Positions 25,893 through 32,000 of a stretch of DNA of 32,000 nucleotides are shown one piece after another. Origin of the DNA: Archaeoglobus fulgidus DSM 4304 (GTDB lineage Archaea; Halobacteriota; Archaeoglobi; Archaeoglobales; Archaeoglobaceae); assembly GCF_000008665.1 (NCBI RefSeq), contig NC_000917.1, positions 330,001 to 362,000 of the forward strand. The letters run 5' to 3'. Position numbers and translations under genes: made by a program. How positions within the stretch are numbered: position 1 is the stretch's first letter; each line of letters starts with the position of its first letter. A model generated the notes under the pieces. The model made no database searches. It was given only the letters and a program-made list of their open reading frames with translations, and was not told where the DNA came from.

Positions 25893-27309
25893 GCAATGCA
25901 AATACTGCTAACACTGCAAGAGTTTCGGCAAGGGAGACTGGAAAGGCATAGCTCGAAAATGGAGCTTTTAAAATCAGAACTGCAACACCTCCCACTGCAG
26001 CAGGAACTAAAACGATGAAGAAGGAGATTAGCGTGGCGATTACTGCCTCTACATTTACCGGCTCGCTCGTCAGTCGGCGGGAAAACTGCACTGCAACGAG
26101 AACCACGGCAAAGCCTGTGGGAAAGAGGGACAGAGAGTTAATCAAATTTCCCCCTTTGTAAATCACCACTGCTGCAACAATGCCCATGGAGACGAAGTAA
26201 ATCAGCAGCCCCTCCAGAATTTTCGAGAATTTCATTTCCAAGTCCGTCAGAGGGAGGGCGGTGATGTAGCTGCTCCTTTCGAGGCTCATGAAGCTTGAGA
26301 CAGTAATGGCGAGGAAGATCTGCAGATACAGAACGCTCGCCACTTCTGAAAGTTTTATGTAGAATACAAGCTGCATTAAGGCGCCGTATATTGGAAGCAA
26401 TGCAATAACGAAAAGCTGCGGATTTCTGAAAAGCTGCTTGAAGTCCTTTATTACCATAGCGGTCATTTTCCCTCTCCTTTTTATTTTCCATCCCTTCAAG
26501 CTGCCGTAGTGCTTCGCAATCTCCTCCTTGGAAAGTTCCCTGACAGCATAGAAAAAGAGAAGAGTGATGAGGGCGAAATAAAAGAGGCTAAGGGCTGCGT
26601 ATTTAGCACTAAAGGGCTGAGAAATCCAGAGTCCGTATGAGATGGGGAAAAGAGAGTCGTAGGCCTCGTAATTTTTGAAAGTCATCAGGTATATGGCAAG
26701 CTGGTTTATGAGATAAAGCCCGTAGATTGAAACCAGCCAGGCAATTAAGCCAAAAATTCGGAAAAATGCGGCCCTTAAAGACCTGCCCGTCTGAACGCTC
26801 CCCAGCCTTTTGCCGAGAAGTATCACAATGCTCAAAGCCCCCATTATCACTGCAAGAAATCCCAGAAGCGCTGGAAGAAGTCCGGCAGGATTCCTCATTC
26901 CCACGAGAACTAGAAGGGAGAGGAGAGCAATGACAGCAGGCCAGTCGAACAGCCTGAAAAATCCGTAAAACCTAACCTTTGAAATATCACTGCGAGAATA
27001 AAAGGTGTGCATGTAGCTCAAATCGACCTGAAAGTAGCCATGAGCATAAGCGGTGCCGAACATCAGGAAAAAGAAGAACAGAGAAAGCAGGGAAGATGCG
27101 TAGCTGACCTTGTCGTCAAAAAAGGCGGGCCCTACTGAAAATAGGGCGGCAAAGGTGAACATTATCTTCAGGAGGAGGGCATTGTACCTGATCCACTTGG
27201 TAACTCTCGATAGGTCGTGATAGACTGCTGCAGCGTTCCTCACCGCAGCCTCCACGAAGATTAGGTCCGAAAGCTCATAAAGCGGAGATAACCTCCTCAA
27301 GACTTTCAT
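25855..27309 (-). CDS. ABC-2-like multi-pass exporter permease, 484 aa
   Basis: About 12 hydrophobic segments; the start overlaps the end of the ABC ATPase gene, so a two-gene transporter. Confidence 0.75.
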   Translation of the reverse strand: MKVLRRLSPLYELSDLIFVEAAVRNAAAVYHDLSRVTKWIRYNALLLKIMFTFAALFSVGPAFFDDKVSYASSLLSLFFFFLMFGTAYAHGYFQVDLSYMHTFYSRSDISKVRFYGFFRLFDWPAVIALLSLLVLVGMRNPAGLLPALLGFLAVIMGALSIVILLGKRLGSVQTGRSLRAAFFRIFGLIAWLVSIYGLYLINQLAIYLMTFKNYEAYDSLFPISYGLWISQPFSAKYAALSLFYFALITLLFFYAVRELSKEEIAKHYGSLKGWKIKRRGKMTAMVIKDFKQLFRNPQLFVIALLPIYGALMQLVFYIKLSEVASVLYLQIFLAITVSSFMSLERSSYITALPLTDLEMKFSKILEGLLIYFVSMGIVAAVVIYKGGNLINSLSLFPTGFAVVLVAVQFSRRLTSEPVNVEAVIATLISFFIVLVPAAVGGVAVLILKAPFSSYAFPVSLAETLAVLAVFALLNRRKAKLPFRL

Positions 27310-28000
27310 GCTGACCGGTGATTTTCAAAAAGGCCTCCTCCAATGTCCCGTAGGACTTAAGCTCCTCCAGAGTGCCTTCAGCAATTTTCAATCCCCTGTT
27401 GAGAATTATCACTCTGTCTGCAAGCCTCTCAGCTATCTCCATTATGTGCGTGGAAAGCAGTATTCCACCGCTCTCAGTTTTTCTGGCCATCACCTCTTTC
27501 AGAACTCTGGCAGAGAAAGCATCGAGGCCGTTTAAGGGCTCATCGAGCAGAAGGTAGGGAGGATCGTGAAGCAATGCCGCAACCACAGCAACCTTCTTCT
27601 TGTTCCCCATAGAGAGCGAGATTATCGGCTTGTCCATCTGCTCCTCCAGCCTGAAAATCCTGACGTACTTCTCAACTCTCTTTGCTGCCTCCTCACCGAG
27701 CTTCCTTACCGATACCAGAAAGCTGAAGAACTCCTCAGGCGTGAGGTGGTCTATCAGTCTTATCTCCTCTGGTACGTAGCCAAAGAGGTTCTTGGCTACC
27801 TTTGTGTTCGCATTCATTCCATCAATCTTTATCTCCCCCTCGAAATCCACTATACCGACAATGGACTTCATTATGGAGCTCTTTCCAGCTCCGTTTGGCC
27901 CGAGAATGGCAACAACCTCTCCCCTCTCAACTGTGAATCCAACATTGCTGACAGCCGTCGTTTTTCCATACCTCACCGTCAGGTTGTTAACCTCTATCAC
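27275..28000 (-). CDS. ABC transporter ATP-binding protein, 241 aa
   Basis: Walker A GPNGAGKSS, signature ISLSMGNKKKVAVVAALLHDPPYLLLDEPLNGLD, switch His in LSTHIME. Confidence 0.96.
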   Translation of the reverse strand: MIEVNNLTVRYGKTTAVSNVGFTVERGEVVAILGPNGAGKSSIMKSIVGIVDFEGEIKIDGMNANTKVAKNLFGYVPEEIRLIDHLTPEEFFSFLVSVRKLGEEAAKRVEKYVRIFRLEEQMDKPIISLSMGNKKKVAVVAALLHDPPYLLLDEPLNGLDAFSARVLKEVMARKTESGGILLSTHIMEIAERLADRVIILNRGLKIAEGTLEELKSYGTLEEAFLKITGQHESLEEVISAL

Positions 28001-28024
28001 GTCAAGTGGTGTGCTGTAGCATAT

Positions 28025-29356
28025 TTATAGTTTGCGAACAACCTTGCCGGGGTTGAGGATGTTTTTTGGGTCGAAGAGGAGCTTGATTTGTCTCATCAGC
28101 TCGAACTGCTCTGGAAACAGCTCCTCTAGCTCCGAAAGCTTAACCGCCCCTATACCGTGCTCGCCGCTGATCACACCGCCAAGGCTGACAGCGAGGCTGA
28201 GGAGGGACTTTCTGAACTCAAAGTAGCTTTTCTCCCATCCCTCGTAAACCAGCGGGTGCTGGTGGACGTTGCCATCTCCAGCATGGCCGTAGGTTATTAG
28301 CTCGATGCCATATTCTTCAGCAAGCTCGTTGCTCCTTCTCCAGTACTCGGCAATTTTAGCTGGAGGAACGCAGGCGTCGAGAACCTCAATGACCTCCTTT
28401 CTCAGCCCCTCGTAAATCATTCCCCTCACTTTCAGCAGCCTGTCCTGATCCTTCTTTGTGGTTGCTGCGTAAACGTCAATCGCTCCAAGCGACTGGGCAA
28501 TTTTTGCAGCCTCCTCGGCCTCATCAAAGCTCTCGAAGACCATCAGGAGGTGTGCCTCCCCCTCCCTGCTCACCCACCTCTCCCCGCTAACCTTCTCCCC
28601 AATCTCAACTGCCCTCTTTTCCATGAATTCGAGGGCCATGGGGAGCATTTTTCTCGCAACCTCAACAACGCAGTTCATAGCATCCTCCATCGTCGGAAAG
28701 GGGATGGCGAGGACAGTCATGTCCCTCATCTGCGGGAAAAGGCGAATTGTTGCCTTAGTTATCACTGCAAGCGTCCCCTCACTCCCCACAAGAAGGTGAA
28801 GGAGAGAGTAGCCCGAGGAGTTCTTTATCGTTTTCCCGCCAACATTGATTATCCTGCCGTCGGCAAGAACAGCTTCGAGGCTGAGAACGTAGTTCCTCAT
28901 GGTTCCGTACTTCAAAGCCCTCACTCCCCCAGCGTTGGTTGCAATCATCCCTCCGACTGTTGCGGTTTCAGCTCCGGGATGGGGCGGGAAGCTCAAGCCG
29001 TGCCTGAAGGCTGCATCGTCAAGCTGCTTCAAAGTAACTCCCGCACCGCAAATAGCAACTCTGTTGTCGGCATCAACCTCAAGCTCTGTCATTTTTTCAG
29101 TTGAGAGTACAATGCCCTCCTCAGTCGGCACAGCCCCGCCGCTAAGCCCAGTCCCACCGCCCCTCATGAAAACTGGTATACTTTTTTCGTTGGCGAACTT
29201 CAAAATCGCCGAGACCTCCTCGCTGTTGCTGGGCTTCACCACAACGAAATTTTCAGCTGCTCTGGGAGCAACGAGAGGTGGAGTTTCATCGAAGCGATAA
29301 GCGTCCGATGGTGGAAAGACCTCAACAATTTTTGAAAGCTCATCAATCCAGCTCAT
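28025..29356 (-). CDS. dld: FAD-linked oxidase of the GlcD/D-lactate dehydrogenase family, 443 aa
   Basis: PP-loop region VPVFMRGGGTGLSGGAVPTEEGIVLS, GGMIATNAGGVRALKYGTMRNYVLSLEAVLADG, YGHAGDGNVHQHPL, GGVISGEHGIGAVKLSELEELF, DPKNILNPGKVV. Confidence 0.92.
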   Translation of the reverse strand: MSWIDELSKIVEVFPPSDAYRFDETPPLVAPRAAENFVVVKPSNSEEVSAILKFANEKSIPVFMRGGGTGLSGGAVPTEEGIVLSTEKMTELEVDADNRVAICGAGVTLKQLDDAAFRHGLSFPPHPGAETATVGGMIATNAGGVRALKYGTMRNYVLSLEAVLADGRIINVGGKTIKNSSGYSLLHLLVGSEGTLAVITKATIRLFPQMRDMTVLAIPFPTMEDAMNCVVEVARKMLPMALEFMEKRAVEIGEKVSGERWVSREGEAHLLMVFESFDEAEEAAKIAQSLGAIDVYAATTKKDQDRLLKVRGMIYEGLRKEVIEVLDACVPPAKIAEYWRRSNELAEEYGIELITYGHAGDGNVHQHPLVYEGWEKSYFEFRKSLLSLAVSLGGVISGEHGIGAVKLSELEELFPEQFELMRQIKLLFDPKNILNPGKVVRKL

Positions 29357-29368
29357 GAAAAAAATAGT

Positions 29369-30679
29369 TTAGAATTTAAGAATTCTTGCCGAAACAACAA
29401 TCGGGTCCCAGATGGGTGTGAATGGAGGAGCATAGCCGAGGTCGGCGAAGAAAACATCCTTCGTCGTGAAGCCGCCCTGTATCATCGCAGCAAAGACGTT
29501 AACCCTCATCGCCACATCCGCCCCGAGAACCTGCGCTCCCAGAATTCTCTTTGTGCTTGCATCCGCCACAACCTTTAGGAAGGTGTCCTTGGCCCCGGGG
29601 TAGTAGTGAACTCTGGTTTTTGCTTTCACGACAGCTGTTTTAACCTCAAATCCCTCAGCTTTCGCAGCCTTCTCCGTCAGCCCCGTGGCGCCAATTTCAA
29701 GGTCGAAGAACTTCGTAAGCTGAGTTCCAAGCACTCCGGGAAACTCAATGTTGCCGCCAGCGGCGTTAACTCCCGCAACGTAGCCCATCTTGTTGCCCGG
29801 CGGGGCTAAGGGAATCCAGACTCTCTTTTTCGTCAGCATGTGGGTTGTTTCAGCGCAATCTCCAGCAGCAAAAACATTCTCAACGCTTGTCTGCATCCTG
29901 CTGTCCGTCCAGATTGCTCCAGTCTCTCCAATCTTGCAGCCAATCTGCTCGGCAATGGCAGTGTTGGCCTTCACGCCCGTTGCAACTATAACCACATCTG
30001 CAGGATACTCTCCTTTGTCAGTCACCACTTTCCTCACCGCTCCATCGCCCTCAAAAGCCTCTACCTTCTCCCCCAGCCTCAGGTTGACCTTCTCCTCAAG
30101 CTTATGCTTCACCAAGTCCGCAACATCCCTGTCGAGGTTTGGGAGTGGTTGATCAAGAAACTCCACAACCGTTACTTTCTTCCCTCTCGCTGCCGCAGCT
30201 TCGGCCATCTCAACTCCTACGTAGCCAGCACCAACGATTACAACGTTCTCCGCCTTCTCAACCGCCTCTCTCAGCTCAGCCGCCTGTACAGGATGTCTGA
30301 CGGTGAAAACGTTTTCCAGCTCAAGGCCCTCGAAGGGTGGGGTTTTTGGAAGTGCTCCGGTGGCGATTACAAGCTTATCCCACTCGTAGGTTTTCTCCTG
30401 ACCGTCCTCTATGACTCTCACAAAGCCGTCTCCAGCCTCAACTACCTTCGCGTTGATGTGCAAATCAATGCCCCTTTTCTCCCTGAAAAATTCCGGCGGG
30501 TAGTACATCAGGTGTGAGGGGTCGCTCAAGCCTTCAACAACGTACGGAATCCCGCATGGAGCGTGGCTGACAAAGTTGGTCTCCTCAAAAACCGTAACCT
30601 CCCACTCAGGCTGCAAAGCCTTAACTCTCGAAGCAGCGCTCATTCCCGCTGCCCCACCGCCGATAACAACTACCCTCAT
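29369..30679 (-). CDS. NADH oxidase / CoA-disulfide reductase-like flavoprotein (NoxA type), 436 aa
   Basis: [34 protein letters not shown] with a single redox Cys, [37 protein letters not shown], and a C-terminal dimerization domain. Confidence 0.9.
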   Translation of the reverse strand: MRVVVIGGGAAGMSAASRVKALQPEWEVTVFEETNFVSHAPCGIPYVVEGLSDPSHLMYYPPEFFREKRGIDLHINAKVVEAGDGFVRVIEDGQEKTYEWDKLVIATGALPKTPPFEGLELENVFTVRHPVQAAELREAVEKAENVVIVGAGYVGVEMAEAAAARGKKVTVVEFLDQPLPNLDRDVADLVKHKLEEKVNLRLGEKVEAFEGDGAVRKVVTDKGEYPADVVIVATGVKANTAIAEQIGCKIGETGAIWTDSRMQTSVENVFAAGDCAETTHMLTKKRVWIPLAPPGNKMGYVAGVNAAGGNIEFPGVLGTQLTKFFDLEIGATGLTEKAAKAEGFEVKTAVVKAKTRVHYYPGAKDTFLKVVADASTKRILGAQVLGADVAMRVNVFAAMIQGGFTTKDVFFADLGYAPPFTPIWDPIVVSARILKF

Positions 30680-30698
30680 GCTTTATCATTGTTCAAGA

Positions 30699-31505
30699 CT
30701 AATTTATGCTTTTCGCGGTTTTGGGAAGTTGAGTAATCTGTGGTTTTGTAGGAGCGAAAAGGCTCTGAGTTTCAAAATGGCCGTAAAGCTCACAACCCCA
30801 TTTAATAGCGCTGTCTTCGTAGCTTACCAGCCCTCTTTTTAAGTCGTACTCTCCCTTTTTATTAAACAAACCAAGGCAGAGCCCCTCACTGCAAGCAATG
30901 CAAACCAGTTTTATTTCCCCACACGACATCAGCTTCCCACTGAATGAATTAACCTCCTCTGAGTACTCCTTAAGCCTCGGTAAAACACTCCTGCCAATAA
31001 CAATGGAAATATCAACTTCCTGTGAAAGTTTGGAAAGAAAAGCGGGATATTCGGGGAGAAAGAATCCGAAAACAGCCCTGATCCACTTTGATTTGCTTAC
31101 CATATTCATAAAAACTTCTTTGTGCTTCAAAACCTCATTCTCTCCGCTCTCTATTATCGTGTAATCTCCAAGCTCTCCAAGTCTTAGGAGAAGATGTGGA
31201 GGGATTGCTGCTAAATCGTGCTGATTCCAGAACTCGAAGTCTCTTTCGATTAAAGAATAAGTTTTCTTTAGAGTTTCGCCAGAATGGAGAGTAATGAGCC
31301 CCTTCAAGGTGATGGCAAATCGTCTTCCATTTTTTTCAATCAATCTTTCTTCCAGAAGATTTTTAAGGTGGTCAGAAACTGCTGCTGGACTCAATCTAAG
31401 ATTGCAAGAAATTTCAGAGTTGGTAAGTGAGTTTTTGGCAAGTAACATCAGGATTTCTCTCTTTCTTTTAGGTAATATCATTGTGAGCAAGTGGCAATAT
31501 TGCAA
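30699..31505 (-). CDS. Winged-HTH transcriptional regulator with FilR1/DUF1724-like C-terminal domain, up to 268 aa (ATG at 31481 is an alternative start)
   Basis: HTH KREILMLLAKNSLTNSEISCNLRLSPAAVSDHLKNLLEERLIEKNGRRFAITLKG. The C-terminal domain resembles methanogen/Archaeoglobales regulators. Confidence 0.78.
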   Translation of the reverse strand: MQYCHLLTMILPKRKREILMLLAKNSLTNSEISCNLRLSPAAVSDHLKNLLEERLIEKNGRRFAITLKGLITLHSGETLKKTYSLIERDFEFWNQHDLAAIPPHLLLRLGELGDYTIIESGENEVLKHKEVFMNMVSKSKWIRAVFGFFLPEYPAFLSKLSQEVDISIVIGRSVLPRLKEYSEEVNSFSGKLMSCGEIKLVCIACSEGLCLGLFNKKGEYDLKRGLVSYEDSAIKWGCELYGHFETQSLFAPTKPQITQLPKTAKSIN

Positions 31506-31508
31506 TAT
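31497..31508. promoter_or_regulatory. Perfect 12-bp palindrome ATATTGCAATAT at the regulator's 5' end
   Basis: Read directly: ATATTGCAATAT equals its own reverse complement; it lies just upstream of the alternative ATG at 31481. Confidence 0.45.
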
Positions 31509-31587
31509 AAATTTTCCGACGTACAGAAAAATTCAAGCTACAAACTTAAAAAGCAAATTAGTTTTAAGTTTTTATCTTAAAGAAAAA

Positions 31588-31595
31588 TTTAAATA
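31588..31595 (+). promoter_or_regulatory. TATA-like element upstream of the truncated secreted-protein gene
   Basis: AAAAATTTAAATATCG, about 40 nt upstream of the ATG at 31636. Confidence 0.45.
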
Positions 31596-31635
31596 TCGTC
31601 AGTGAGAGGCACAGTAGCAGTGCGGAGGGGATAGG

Positions 31636-32000
31636 ATGAACAGAATTGTGGGGATATTGATATCGATACTGATGTTAGCATGTATTGGCGTGACAATGGC
31701 TGCTGAAACACCAGTCGAGGCAACCATCGAACCTAAAAATACGTTCTCAGAGCCACTTGCAACCCAGATGGTACTTTTAAAAGGAATCTTTGATCCTAAG
31801 GTTGAACCGATGGATCCAGCTAATGATGCCATTGAAATTACTGGTGTCCTTAAACTGAACCACAATGAGGTAAGGGGAGTAGTAAACATTAACAACAAAA
31901 AAGGCGAATTTGCGGGGAAGTGTACACCATTCAAATCTAGCAATTTCGAAGGAGTAGTGTTGAAATGCGGGTCCGAGGGGTCCATAAAGGTTCTGCAGAT
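31636..32000 (+). CDS. Secreted protein N-terminus, truncated by the window edge; function unknown
   Basis: Open frame from ATG 31636 to the end: MNRIVGILISILMLACIGVTMAAETPVEATIEPKNTFSEPLATQMVLLKGIFDPK... with a clear signal-peptide-like start. Missing from the supplied ORF track. Confidence 0.8.
   Translation, partial: MNRIVGILISILMLACIGVTMAAETPVEATIEPKNTFSEPLATQMVLLKGIFDPKVEPMDPANDAIEITGVLKLNHNEVRGVVNINNKKGEFAGKCTPFKSSNFEGVVLKCGSEGSIKVLQ

Noticed and set aside
31599-31985. 128-aa minus-strand ORF at the right edge
   Set aside because: Antisense to the signal-peptide-bearing plus-strand gene starting at 31636, which has better start context and an upstream TATA-like element.
1-32000. CRISPR arrays, IS elements, rRNA/tRNA genes and multigene defence systems
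   Set aside because: No regularly spaced repeats, transposase motifs, or recognisable RNA gene signatures were seen by eye. A tRNAscan/Infernal and CRISPR finder run would be needed to exclude weak cases. The small antitoxin-like ORF alone does not make a toxin-antitoxin system.

Overview
This 32 kb window looks like ordinary, densely packed euryarchaeal chromosome. Gene content and order fit Archaeoglobus, most likely A. fulgidus (inference from memory, no search run). The gene-level content, left to right: the LonB protease C-terminus; a ribbon-helix-helix protein; acetyl-CoA synthetase plus an MFS transporter; a small antitoxin-like ORF absent from the supplied track; an MtnA/aIF2B-like isomerase; an Ogg2-type DNA glycosylase; FdhD; TATA-binding protein; a NagD-like HAD phosphatase; a partial ACDS operon (cdhC, CooC-like ATPase, cdhD, cdhE); the AglB oligosaccharyltransferase; Dph5; an OB-fold protein; a DUF123 protein; a transglutaminase-like protein; Nob1; a GfcR/PyrE-like protein; a dolichyl-P-sugar synthase; the futalosine menaquinone genes mqnE-mqnA-mqnC plus a DUF2284-like protein; an ABC-2 exporter; a D-lactate dehydrogenase-like flavoprotein; a NoxA/CoA-disulfide-reductase-like protein; a FilR1-like regulator; and the start of a secreted protein. 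I found no CRISPR array, rRNA or clear mobile element, and no convincing new multigene system. The most interesting signals are small. They are: a 92-bp near-identical tract shared by mqnE and mqnC (89/92, differences all synonymous) that suggests gene conversion; a direct repeat bracketing an orphan antitoxin-like ORF; a frameshifted archaeal pilin-like gene; a decayed membrane-protein region before tbp; and a palindrome cluster upstream of acs.
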